Shown here piece after piece: positions 54,526 to 63,546 of a DNA stretch of 64,000 nt. The position numbers and the translations under genes are program-made. The stretch's first letter is position 1, and every line of letters begins with the position of its first letter. This stretch comes from an uncultured Isosphaeraceae bacterium (GTDB lineage Bacteria > Planctomycetota > Phycisphaerae > Phycisphaerales > SM1A02), in the NCBI GenBank assembly GCA_964435395.1, contig CAYSYI010000001.1, positions 42,516-106,515 on the forward strand. The letters are read 5' to 3'. Below the pieces are notes generated by a model, which ran no database searches, was not told the DNA's origin, and saw nothing but the letters and a program-made list of their open reading frames with translations.

Positions 54526-55712
54526 AATACGCCTGTCTTACCTTCAACTTCAACTTCAGTTAGAAGGTGTAATCGAACACCACTACCTTGTAAATCAGCA
54601 ACTGACGGTGCGTTATTCGTAAAGAAGTGTTGGATAGGAACCGAGGATAGATCAATTTCGATACCATTACATGCCATCGCAACAAGCGAGCTGTTACGAA
54701 TTGCCCATGCTGTCACTATTGATGCTTCTCTAAAGTCATCAACAAATGCAAGGATATGCAAGCAACCTTCGCTATCAACTGCTAGCTCAATCTGTTCATG
54801 TTCAGGGCAACGCGGCGTAATAGCGAGCAAGCCATCTATTCGAGATACGAAAGTTTCCGAAGAACTTGATGTTTCTTGAGCAGTATGAACTGGCACTTTT
54901 GAATCTTCTTGCATTGGTGGTTCAATAGAAGCAGCCACTTCTTGAGTTTCAGGCACCTTCGATGTCGGCGCTACTCGCTGTAGCGTTTCCTTCGAGCTGA
55001 ATCTTGGAGTCAAAGGCAAATCAGTTGCGCTTGAGTTCTCTTGAGTCTCTGTTCGTAATCGACCCACAAAGTCAACAACATTGCTTGACCGAGGAAAAGT
55101 AACTTGAGAAACAACGTTGCTTGTGCTTCCCATCGCGGGCAGTGGATGTCCAACTTCTAGATTTACACCAAGTTGATGGTGTGCAGTTTGAACAATTCGA
55201 CTCGCAGCATCACTTGACGCTCGTTCTTCTGCCCCAACAATTACTAAACGAATAGAAGGAAGGTTCACACCCTCGCTCGTTGCGCTTATCAATCCCTTGA
55301 GCAATCTATACGCACCAACGACTGCCGCCTGATCCGCACCTGAAAGAAGTGTGACGTAGTCTGCATCGCAATGCAACAAAGAGGTAGGGTCTGCATCCGA
55401 CGGCGGTTGAATAATCCAATTTGTTATGTGGCCATCAAGGTGCTCGATAACCTCTTCGATTGAAGTGCATGTTGTAATATCACAATTCCGCTCTTTACCA
55501 ATGATGGCAACATCAATCGAATCCTCATGCATACGAACAAGAACTGAAGTGCCACCTTGAGCCTCTCGGCCTGCGTATGGAACAAGCCATAATCCACCTT
55601 GAACTGGAAGATGCGCAGGAAGAAGAAGTTCAATTGATGCACGCTCGGAAGAATCCGAACTTGTCGTAAACATTGCTGCAAGTTGTGCGTATTGTTCAGA
55701 GCTCGGTGCCAT
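54507..55712 (-). CDS. hypothetical protein: P-loop-less ParA/MinD-like N-domain, S/T/P/E-rich linker, unknown C-domain
   Basis: 401 aa. DYVTLLSGADQAAVVGAYRLLKGLI...IRLVIVGAEERASSDAASRIV resembles the second half of ParA/MinD folds, but there is no Walker A. Overlaps both neighbours by 17 and 19 nt. Confidence 0.6.
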   Translation of the reverse strand: MAPSSEQYAQLAAMFTTSSDSSERASIELLLPAHLPVQGGLWLVPYAGREAQGGTSVLVRMHEDSIDVAIIGKERNCDITTCTSIEEVIEHLDGHITNWIIQPPSDADPTSLLHCDADYVTLLSGADQAAVVGAYRLLKGLISATSEGVNLPSIRLVIVGAEERASSDAASRIVQTAHHQLGVNLEVGHPLPAMGSTSNVVSQVTFPRSSNVVDFVGRLRTETQENSSATDLPLTPRFSSKETLQRVAPTSKVPETQEVAASIEPPMQEDSKVPVHTAQETSSSSETFVSRIDGLLAITPRCPEHEQIELAVDSEGCLHILAFVDDFREASIVTAWAIRNSSLVAMACNGIEIDLSSVPIQHFFTNNAPSVADLQGSGVRLHLLTEVEVEGKTGVFCTPLN

Positions 55713-56640
55713 CTCTATTCTCTTCTGGGTTTATTCGACCGATGACGGGCGACTGTTGCGATTCAGAAAATGTGCCAACTCGCCGAGCAAGTTCTGCGGC
55801 ACGTCCACCAACTCCAGTTGTTACTTCGATAATTGGTGCAGGTGGAGTATACATCTCTTCTAACCATTCTATTAAAGCTTCGAAATCTCGTTCAGCTTCA
55901 CTCCCTGGAGCAAACTCACATATTGGCTGCCCAAAACTCGCAGCTTCTCTAAGGGTTTCATGGTCTCGAATAACTGTTGGGGCAACCTCAGGTGCAAATG
56001 ACTCTTGCAATCGTTGCAATAATGTTCGGGCAAGCGGCGAGGGGCGATGAATGGATGGAATAATTCGACATGGAAGAGGTTTTCCAATTCTTGCAATGAG
56101 CGCATCGACCGTTTTTCGCTGGCGTCGAGCGCCTCGAAGTGAGAAATAGCCTGTTTCAACAGGAATCAACGCTTCAGTTGCTGCTCGCAACGCGTTGTAT
56201 GTCAGTAATCCAATATTGGGAGGGCAATCGATTACGCAACGATCAAAATCAGTTTCCCAAGCTTTCAACACGCCTTCAAGCCGGCAATCACGGTCTGGCA
56301 TACTCTGCAAAGCCCCCCCTGGCGCCTCAATGGCTGTCAGCATCATCGTGCTTGGAGCGAGATGTAAATTCCGGGTAATTTCCCAAAGATATTTCTCCTT
56401 CTCGAGCGGGGCATCATGGGAAGCAATCATTGCATCCCCAATATTTTTTTCAATTTGATCCTCAGGAACCCCAAGTCCCGCAGCACAATGTGCTTGAGGA
56501 TCCATATCGATCAATACCGTTCTCAACCCACGCTTCGCATACAAAGCGGCTAGGTTAATCGATGTTGTCGTTTTACCACAACCCCCTTTTTGATTCACTA
56601 TCGCAAATGTACGCACGTATGATTCCTCTCTGGGCTCCAA
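55696..56640 (-). CDS. ParA/Soj/MinD-family P-loop ATPase with a C-terminal extension
   Basis: Deviant Walker A FAIVNQKGGCGKTTTSINLA, then LIDMDPQ and VIDCPPNIG. About 60 extra C-terminal residues. Confidence 0.85.
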   Translation of the reverse strand: MEPREESYVRTFAIVNQKGGCGKTTTSINLAALYAKRGLRTVLIDMDPQAHCAAGLGVPEDQIEKNIGDAMIASHDAPLEKEKYLWEITRNLHLAPSTMMLTAIEAPGGALQSMPDRDCRLEGVLKAWETDFDRCVIDCPPNIGLLTYNALRAATEALIPVETGYFSLRGARRQRKTVDALIARIGKPLPCRIIPSIHRPSPLARTLLQRLQESFAPEVAPTVIRDHETLREAASFGQPICEFAPGSEAERDFEALIEWLEEMYTPPAPIIEVTTGVGGRAAELARRVGTFSESQQSPVIGRINPEENRDGTEL

Positions 56641-56718
56641 TAAAGAAGCGACTGTACCTTATCGGAACCAAGAGGATGTTTCCTTGAAAGAGAGAGAAAA
56701 AACGTGACCTTTTGGGCA

Positions 56719-57825
56719 CTATGCGGTCGCGCCTACAGATGCCCACGCCAATCCAATTGCACCGGAGTCAATTCCGTCCACGACAGACGCCCCGGTTCCT
56801 GTTGGCAAGACTAGTCGAATCGAGGAATCGAGTGTTTTTTTGTCTCTTTGCATAAATGCCAACAACTCCTCAACCTGCACGGGAATCGGCAGCCTTGTTG
56901 GCAATCCAAGTTTTTTCAATATGGTTCGAATTCGATCAACATACTCGGCGTCAATGAGATCCATCGCTTCAGCGCACGACACCGATGCACACAATCCAAT
57001 TGAAACAGCTTCACCATGAAAGAGTGAAAGTTCAGGAAGTGGTTCAATTGCATGTGCAAATGTATGGCCAAGATTCAGCAGTGCTCGACACCCAACCTCT
57101 CGCTCGTCCTTCACAACGACCTCTGCTTTTATGCGAGCACATTGAGAAACAAGTTCAACCATCAAGTCAGCTTCACGAGTGAAGATTGCATCTATATTTT
57201 TCTCAATCCAAACAAGCAGCGAGTCATTGCCGAGCATTGCGTGTTTTACACATTCTGCAAGTCCACAGCGTAACTGTCGATCATCAAGGGTCTGCAACGT
57301 GTCTACGTCCGCAACAACAAGCGAAGGTTGCCAAAACGAACCAGCAAGATTTTTCCCAAGAATGACTTCGCCATCTTGTCGTTCAATTGGCAAGTTAATC
57401 CCTGTCTTGCCTCCAATCGAAGCATCGACCATCGCAAGCAGCGTTGTTGGCACTTGGATAACTGGAACGCCTCGCATGAAAGTTGCAGCAGCAAAACCAC
57501 CTACATCTCCTACAAGTCCTCCACCAACAGCGAGTAGTGGAGTGCTTCGATCACAACTGTATGAAAGCATCGCGCTCCAAACATCCTGAATTGTGCTCAT
57601 AGTTTTATTTGATTCAAGTGCCTGTACTGAGCACGCGTCTGTTTCTTCTGAAAAGGATTGGATGGCAACGCTACCGTGCGTCGACTCTACGTTTTCGTCC
57701 AATACAAAAAAGTATTTTGAAGCTGGCACTATCTTGCGAACGATATCGCCAAGATTTTGAAGTATGCCACTTCCAATCTGTATGGAATATGCACAATCAC
57801 CAAGTAAAACTTTGACTTCTTTCAA
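56719..57825 (-). CDS. aroB: 3-dehydroquinate synthase
   Basis: GGGLVGDVGGFAAATFMRGVPVIQVPTTLLAMVDASIGGKTGINL and LNLGHTFAHAIE motifs. Confidence 0.9.
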   Translation of the reverse strand: MKEVKVLLGDCAYSIQIGSGILQNLGDIVRKIVPASKYFFVLDENVESTHGSVAIQSFSEETDACSVQALESNKTMSTIQDVWSAMLSYSCDRSTPLLAVGGGLVGDVGGFAAATFMRGVPVIQVPTTLLAMVDASIGGKTGINLPIERQDGEVILGKNLAGSFWQPSLVVADVDTLQTLDDRQLRCGLAECVKHAMLGNDSLLVWIEKNIDAIFTREADLMVELVSQCARIKAEVVVKDEREVGCRALLNLGHTFAHAIEPLPELSLFHGEAVSIGLCASVSCAEAMDLIDAEYVDRIRTILKKLGLPTRLPIPVQVEELLAFMQRDKKTLDSSIRLVLPTGTGASVVDGIDSGAIGLAWASVGATA

Positions 57826-58544
57826 GTTGCGCCCTCCGAATCCTCGTACAACATTGCGAGCGCTTCAGACGGTTCTTCTGGCAACTCACCCACAGTTTCA
57901 CTAGTGGCGTCAAGCACTTCATTTGTTTTGATTGCTCTTCTCTTACCCAAACTTTTTTTCCCTTTACACACTTTAACAATCACAAAAAAACCAACAGCGA
58001 TAACACACAATAAGGGAATTGCCAACAATGCGGTCGGGATTTTTTCTTGCAATGCTGATGTTTGTAAAACAAATTGCGTGGTCACAAACGTAGGGTACAA
58101 GCGTTCTCGATTGTCGCGTCCCTGAATTGACATAGTTTTATAAAACAGCGCTGGCCCCTCGATAGTTTGCGGCTGGGACAGGCCACTCTTTCCAACGACA
58201 TATAAACCAAACAGATTCCCCTCACCATCTCGAACAAAGAGTTCTTCTACGCCACTCCAAGGTGCTGACATGGATTTCTGGAGCTCCACTTGCCCAACTA
58301 CAGTGAAGAGATTTCCTCGAAATAGTTCCGGAGTAGCTAGTAACGCTGAGGTGTTTGGGCTTTCCGAAGTTTCAGCAGAGCCCTCCCATCCTCGAACATG
58401 ATCGATCAAAGCTGCAAACCCTTCGCCCCTAGAATCCAGCCCATCGACGACTGCTTGGAGTTGAATTTGAGTATTTTCTCCAATGGGGGAAATATCTCCT
58501 ATCCTGAATAGACAGAAAAGCAGTATCAAAGTCTCTCGGTGCAT
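57822..58544 (-). CDS. single-pass membrane protein of unknown function
   Basis: N-terminal signal MHRETLILLFCLF (start trimmed from 58601, which abuts tRNA-Glu). C-terminal TM LLAIPLLCVIAVGFFVIV. 4-nt overlap with aroB. Confidence 0.55.
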   Translation of the reverse strand: MHRETLILLFCLFRIGDISPIGENTQIQLQAVVDGLDSRGEGFAALIDHVRGWEGSAETSESPNTSALLATPELFRGNLFTVVGQVELQKSMSAPWSGVEELFVRDGEGNLFGLYVVGKSGLSQPQTIEGPALFYKTMSIQGRDNRERLYPTFVTTQFVLQTSALQEKIPTALLAIPLLCVIAVGFFVIVKVCKGKKSLGKRRAIKTNEVLDATSETVGELPEEPSEALAMLYEDSEGAT

Positions 58545-58601
58545 TTTTACAGGATACTCGTAGCAGCGAAGTCGTGAGTAGAGTATCATTCCTCGCCTCA
58601 A

Positions 58602-58675
58602 GGTCCCATCGTCTAGTCAGGTCAGGACACCAGGTTTTCATCCTGGGAACAGGGGTTCGAATCCCCTTGGGATCA
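58602..58675 (+). tRNA. tRNA-Glu (anticodon UUC)
   Basis: Acceptor GGTCCCA/TGGGATC, D-arm GTCT..GGAC, anticodon stem CCAGG/CCTGG with loop TTTTCAT, T-arm AGGGG-TTCGAAT-CCCCT. Confidence 0.85.
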
Positions 58676-58694
58676 TTAATAGGGAGGTTTTCTC

Positions 58695-59333
58695 ATGATT
58701 TCAGCACTCGCTCTTCCACTCATTCTTCTTTCTGCATCTCCCGATTTTCAACCGATCGATTTTGCTGCTGCAACGAGTTTATCGTTCGATTGCCAGCCGG
58801 AGATGCCAGATGCTCCGATTGAAGTGCAAGAAAAAAGCACAATGGAAGCGCTACCACCGACCTGGGGTATGAAAGACACATGGCGTTGGAGCATCCAAGG
58901 GGGCTGGGCAAAAGATGTCAAAAATTCCGAGAATACGCTCGAGGTGTACGGTGTTGAATTTGACTATTTTGTTGACGAGAATTTGAGTCTTGACCTTGGT
59001 TTTTTTGGAATGACTGTCGATCAAGATGGTCCAAATGCAAACGGTTTTAATTTTACGTTGCAACTGCGGTGGCATTTCATCGCAAAAGAATCGTGGTCTA
59101 TGTTTCTCGAAGGCGGTGCGGGGCTGCTTCGTACAAGCGATAACGTTCCATCGGGTGGCTCAAGTTTTAACTTTACGCCACAAGCGGGACTCGGATTCTC
59201 GTTTGACATTGGCAATCAAAATCGTTGGCTTGTAGGCGTAAAATGGCATCACATTTCAAATGCAAATACGTATTCGACTAACCCTGGTCGCGACAGCATC
59301 ATGATCTGGAGCGGCATTTCGTTTCCCTTTTAG
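58695..59333 (+). CDS. outer-membrane beta-barrel, lipid A 3-O-deacylase (PagL)-like
   Basis: Alternating beta-strand pattern. WHHISNANTYSTNPGRDS (H-x-S-N plus NPG) and a terminal aromatic residue (FPF). Confidence 0.65.
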   Translation: MISALALPLILLSASPDFQPIDFAAATSLSFDCQPEMPDAPIEVQEKSTMEALPPTWGMKDTWRWSIQGGWAKDVKNSENTLEVYGVEFDYFVDENLSLDLGFFGMTVDQDGPNANGFNFTLQLRWHFIAKESWSMFLEGGAGLLRTSDNVPSGGSSFNFTPQAGLGFSFDIGNQNRWLVGVKWHHISNANTYSTNPGRDSIMIWSGISFPF

Positions 59334-59337
59334 CGAA

Positions 59338-59460
59338 GGGTCTGTCCCCGGGTCTGACCCTTGCTCTGTCCCCTGCTCTGTCCCCGGGTCTGACCCTTGC
59401 TCTGTCCCCTGCTCTGTCCCCCGCTCTGGCCCCGGGTCTGACCCTTGACCTGACCCTAGC
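59338..59460 (+). repeat. array of ~10 degenerate 12-nt units (36-nt superunit, two perfect copies) built from GGGTCTGACCC / TCTGTCCCC
   Basis: Begins 4 nt after the stop codon. GGGTCTGTCCCC GGGTCTGACCCTTGC TCTGTCCCCTGC TCTGTCCCC GGGTCTGACCCTTGC ... Exact GGGTCTGACCC at ~59350, ~59386 and ~59434. Confidence 0.9.
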
Positions 59461-59523
59461 AATGACACAGGAAAGCATGTCTAACGCACGATAGATGGAC
59501 ACTCACTGTAAGATTTGAGCTGA

Positions 59524-60780
59524 TTACCCGTCAAACTTCGCAAAAGCGAGTGAGACGTTGTGCCCACCGAAGCCGAAGGAATTATTCAACGCAACCGAGA
59601 TGCTACGTTCTTGAGCTGTATTGGCAACAAAATTTAAATCAAAGCCATCGTCTGGGTTGTCTAGATTAATCGTGGGAGGCAAGACGCCTTCAGAGAGTGC
59701 CTTCACAACCGCGATCGATTCAATCCCACCAGCAGCACCAAGCATGTGACCTGTACTAGACTTTGTTGAACTCATTGCAAGGGCGTGTGCATGGTCTCCG
59801 AACAGATTCTTCACTGCAGACACTTCAGCCTGATCGCCCAATGGAGTCGATGTTCCATGCGCATTGATGTAGTTCACCTGTTCAGGCTCTATTTTTGCAT
59901 GCCGAAGTGCTGCCTTCATCGCTGCCTGAGCACCAGTCCCGACAGCATCTGGAGCGGCTATGTGTCCAGCATCACCTGTAATGCCGAATCCAATGATTTC
60001 AGCAAGGATATTCGCTCCACGAGCTTTAGCATGCTCTAATTCCTCCACAGCCAAGACAGCAGCGCCCTCTGAGAGCACAAAACCATCACGGTCACGATCA
60101 AATGGCCTTGAAGCAAGCGTTGGCTCATCATTTCGAGTCGAGAGCGCCTTCATTGCAGAAAAAGAACTCACACACACAGGCGAGACAGCCCCCTCAGCAC
60201 CACCCGCAAGAATAAAGTCTGCAAGGTCCGAGGCGATAAACATATACGCTTCAGCGAGCGCGTGCCCACCAGTTGCACAAGCAGTCGCTGGCGCCGAGTT
60301 CACGCCACGAAGGTTGAACTTAATCGAAACATTACCAGCAGTCGCATTGACCATTAATTTTGGAACAGTAAATGGACTTAACCGGCGGGGCCCTTTTTCA
60401 CAGAGAACACCTGCATTAAACTCAATCGTTTGAATTCCACCAACACCAGAACCAATAACCACTCCGTTGCGGTATGGGTCGCCCTGTTGCCAATCTAAGC
60501 CACAGTCCTCCATTGCTTCCATTGCAGCCCACAACCCAAGTTGGGCAAAGCGATCCGTTTTTTTCAATTCACTTCGGTCAAGTTTTGTTGTTGGGTCCCA
60601 CTCTCGAACTTCACCAGCAATTCTCGTAACCCAACGGTCATCCTGTTCAAAAGCAGTAATTGGACCAATGCCAGATCGACCTTCTTTCAAACCAGACCAA
60701 GTAGACGAAACATCGTGACCGAGATTTGAGATTGCACCGAGACCAGTAATAACCACTCGGCGTTGACGTTGAACTGTCAC
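59524..60780 (-). CDS. fabF: beta-ketoacyl-ACP synthase II
   Basis: RRVVITGLG N-terminus, active-site ATACATG, HGTSTPLGD, GHMLGAAG, NSFGFGGHN. Confidence 0.95.
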   Translation of the reverse strand: MTVQRQRRVVITGLGAISNLGHDVSSTWSGLKEGRSGIGPITAFEQDDRWVTRIAGEVREWDPTTKLDRSELKKTDRFAQLGLWAAMEAMEDCGLDWQQGDPYRNGVVIGSGVGGIQTIEFNAGVLCEKGPRRLSPFTVPKLMVNATAGNVSIKFNLRGVNSAPATACATGGHALAEAYMFIASDLADFILAGGAEGAVSPVCVSSFSAMKALSTRNDEPTLASRPFDRDRDGFVLSEGAAVLAVEELEHAKARGANILAEIIGFGITGDAGHIAAPDAVGTGAQAAMKAALRHAKIEPEQVNYINAHGTSTPLGDQAEVSAVKNLFGDHAHALAMSSTKSSTGHMLGAAGGIESIAVVKALSEGVLPPTINLDNPDDGFDLNFVANTAQERSISVALNNSFGFGGHNVSLAFAKFDG

Positions 60781-60795
60781 AGGGTACCCTTACTA

Positions 60796-61044
60796 TTATT
60801 CAGCTTCTGTTGCAGCAACAATAAAGTCAACTGCATTGCCAACTGTTTGGATTTGTTCTGCCTTGTCATCTGGTATGGACGTTGAGAACGCATCCTCTAA
60901 TTCCATTACTAATTCGACAGTATCAAGACTATCAGCATTCAAATCATTTGCAAAACTTGATGCAATAGTGACTTCGTTTTTATCAACACCAAGTTGCGTT
61001 GAAACAATATCGATCACTTTTAATTCAATTTCGGCTTTCGTCAT
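60796..61044 (-). CDS. acpP: acyl carrier protein
   Basis: [17 protein letters not shown] phosphopantetheine-attachment motif. Confidence 0.95.
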   Translation of the reverse strand: MTKAEIELKVIDIVSTQLGVDKNEVTIASSFANDLNADSLDTVELVMELEDAFSTSIPDDKAEQIQTVGNAVDFIVAATEAE

Positions 61045-61059
61045 CGTAAGAATCTCCTT

Positions 61060-61079
61060 AAAAACCGCGACTACCGCGG
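61060..61079 (-). terminator. weak hairpin plus T-run between fabG and acpP (possible attenuator)
   Basis: The minus strand reads CCGCG-gtagt-CGCGG-TTTTT, immediately before the acpP AAGGAG RBS. Confidence 0.3.
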
Positions 61080-61143
61080 GTCTGCGAATTATATCGAGTA
61101 TCGGCCAAGAGTGCCTACTTGGCGCTAGTTGGTTTTTGAAGTG

Positions 61144-61902
61144 CTAACACGTGAGCCCGCCATCGACAACAAGGACTTGACCTGTAACATATCCCGCATC
61201 TTCAGAGGCAAGATAGGAGACTGCGGCGGCAATCTCCTCGCTTTGACCATATCTTCGAAGTGGCACCATTTTTTCTACCCCTTTTCGAATTTCTTCACCA
61301 AGAGATGCTGTCATATCGGTCTCGATGTACCCTGGAGCAATGGCGTTGGAGGTAATCCCTTTCGAACCGAACTCCTTTGCAATTGTTTTAGTTAATCCGA
61401 CGACTCCTGCCTTTGCTGCTGCATAGTTGGCTTGCCCAGCGTTGCCACTGAGACCAGTGACTGATGTAATATTGATGATTCGCCCCCACCGGCCCTTCAT
61501 CATTGGTCGAGCAGCTGCTTTACTACCCGCAAAAACCGCTCGTAAATTAACGTTAATAACTTCATCAAAATCTTCTAATGACATTCGCAACATTAATCCA
61601 TCTTTTGTCATGCCAGCGTTATTTACGAGAACATCAAGACGACCATACTGGTCAACAATCGATTCGATTGTAGTTGCATACGCCGCGCAGTCGGACAAAT
61701 CACAAACATGAACACTTGACAAGCCGCCAGTAGACCCAATCTCTTTTTGCACTTCAAGGAGTGCATCACCATTTCGTGCTAGGAGTGCAACCGCAAAACC
61801 ATCTGCAGCAAGCCGTGTTGCAATTGCTCTTCCAATACCGCGACTTGCACCTGTGACAATAGCTACGCGTTCTTCGTTATCTTCTTCTTTTATAATTGTC
61901 AT
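61144..61902 (-). CDS. fabG: 3-oxoacyl-ACP reductase
   Basis: VTGASRGIGRAIA, NNAG and YAAAKAG (SDR catalytic YxxxK) motifs. Confidence 0.95.
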   Translation of the reverse strand: MTIIKEEDNEERVAIVTGASRGIGRAIATRLAADGFAVALLARNGDALLEVQKEIGSTGGLSSVHVCDLSDCAAYATTIESIVDQYGRLDVLVNNAGMTKDGLMLRMSLEDFDEVINVNLRAVFAGSKAAARPMMKGRWGRIINITSVTGLSGNAGQANYAAAKAGVVGLTKTIAKEFGSKGITSNAIAPGYIETDMTASLGEEIRKGVEKMVPLRRYGQSEEIAAAVSYLASEDAGYVTGQVLVVDGGLTC

Positions 61903-61923
61903 GCTCCGTGTTGCTTTGGCTCA

Positions 61924-62643
61924 TTATCGCCCAATTGGACCTCCGGGCTGACTCGGTGGTCCCGGTTTGGATTCATCCGTCCCAACAGTTCCATCAGAAC
62001 TTGTCAGTTCGCCAGCTAATGTATAAGACGTTTCTTCATCTGGCTGCAGTGCTATCTCGGCAAGTTTACTTTTTAGTTCAAAATAACTTTGAACCAAGTT
62101 GCCGCTTAACTTTTCAATCAAATTCGGAGCTGTTTCAGCAGCAGAAAAAGTGATATCTGAACCCATTCCATCGTAAAACCACATCTGGACTTGGTAGTCC
62201 ATACCTATCTCGTAAATTGCCATCACGCATGATCTGCCTTCTGGACTATCGCCAGTAAGCAACTCAATGAGAGACACTTCACTCATATATGACGCGAGAT
62301 CCTCATCAACCATCGTGTCAAGTTCCACTTGGTCGCCGTATGACAACATACTTTTTATGGTGTCCAAATCTACTTGAACCATCGCATCGAAAAATTTCAA
62401 TAGTGCAATTCGCTCTGTTTCAAGTCGTGGCGCTTCACTCTCGCTTAGAAAAACTCTGTCGTCAATTCCTAGTTTAGTAACAAGTTCTTCGACTGTTTTT
62501 GCTTTTGGCTTCTTCGGCGCAGTTGGTTTCTGAGTAACAACTGGCTTCTTCACCTCTTCTTCTCCACCGCAACCAACTCCAAAGATGGTCATTGTGAGAG
62601 CAATCAAAAGGATTAAACATTTATTATTATTTTGGTTCATCAT
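61924..62643 (-). CDS. lipoprotein of unknown function inserted between fabD and fabG
   Basis: Lipobox IFGVGCGG, a K/P-rich linker, then a ~180-aa domain. Overlaps the fabD stop by 17 nt. Confidence 0.6.
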   Translation of the reverse strand: MMNQNNNKCLILLIALTMTIFGVGCGGEEEVKKPVVTQKPTAPKKPKAKTVEELVTKLGIDDRVFLSESEAPRLETERIALLKFFDAMVQVDLDTIKSMLSYGDQVELDTMVDEDLASYMSEVSLIELLTGDSPEGRSCVMAIYEIGMDYQVQMWFYDGMGSDITFSAAETAPNLIEKLSGNLVQSYFELKSKLAEIALQPDEETSYTLAGELTSSDGTVGTDESKPGPPSQPGGPIGR

Positions 62644-63544
62644 GGGACTGCACCTTTACCTCTCTATTTACACGTCGCATGAGACCCCGCAGCACACCGC
62701 TCGGGGCGAGTTCATGCCAACTATACCCATCATACTCATTTGCCATTGCACTGCAAGATTGTGCCCAACGAACTGAGCTCGTTATTTGCTCAATGAGCCT
62801 ATTTACAATCGATTCTGGTCTATGCAACGCGGCAGTTACATTTGACCAAACATCGATTTCTGGAGCGTGCAGGGTCGCTTTCGCGAGTGCTTCACGCATA
62901 CCTTCTGCTGCAGGAGCCATAAACGGTGAATGGAACGCGCCTGCAACCGAGAGTGGGGTTGCTCGAACGCCCTTCTCTTCAGCGAGTGTTGCAACCCGTT
63001 CGCATGCCAAGACCGAACCGCTCAAAACGGTTTGTCCGGGGGCGTTAAAGTTTGCTGCGACGAGAATTTCTTCGCCCTCTTTCGCTTCATCACATAGCGA
63101 GAGCGCTGCATCCTCATCACCTATCACAGCGACCATTGTGCTCTCCTCTGCCTCGGCTGCTTCTTGCATCAGTTCACCTCGCCTTGCGACGAGTCGCAAA
63201 CCATCGGCGAATGAAAAAACGCCTGCAAGATGAAGCGCCGTGTATTCGCCAAGTGACAACCCTGCGGTTGCTACCATCTCACCTTCGAGCCCTTGCTCGC
63301 GAAGACCGTGCCACGATGCAACCGAACACGTATAAATTGCTGGCTGGCTTATATTGGTTTTGTTAATTTCGCCATTTGGATCGCTAAAGCAAATTTCGCT
63401 CAATGGTAATCCCAGTGCGTCTCCTAGAACTTCATCCGCTTCTTCAAAAATTGCTTTCGCGGCGGGCGACGCATCAAACCATGCTTTACCCATGCCTGCT
63501 TTTTGTGCGCCCTGACCGGGACACAACACTACGAGTTTCGACAT
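62627..63544 (-). CDS. fabD: malonyl-CoA:ACP transacylase
   Basis: VVLCPGQGAQKAGMG, active-site GLSLGEY and AFHSPFM motifs. Start trimmed from 63574. Confidence 0.95.
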   Translation of the reverse strand: MSKLVVLCPGQGAQKAGMGKAWFDASPAAKAIFEEADEVLGDALGLPLSEICFSDPNGEINKTNISQPAIYTCSVASWHGLREQGLEGEMVATAGLSLGEYTALHLAGVFSFADGLRLVARRGELMQEAAEAEESTMVAVIGDEDAALSLCDEAKEGEEILVAANFNAPGQTVLSGSVLACERVATLAEEKGVRATPLSVAGAFHSPFMAPAAEGMREALAKATLHAPEIDVWSNVTAALHRPESIVNRLIEQITSSVRWAQSCSAMANEYDGYSWHELAPSGVLRGLMRRVNREVKVQSHDEPK

Positions 63545-63546
63545 TG

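Noticed and set aside
59256-59502. Two minus-strand ORFs translating to GSDPGTEQGTEQ / RVRPGDRAGD repeats
   Set aside because: They are read-through of the 12-nt DNA repeat array, with no start context, and lie in a convergent spacer. Repeat-driven open frames are expected here.
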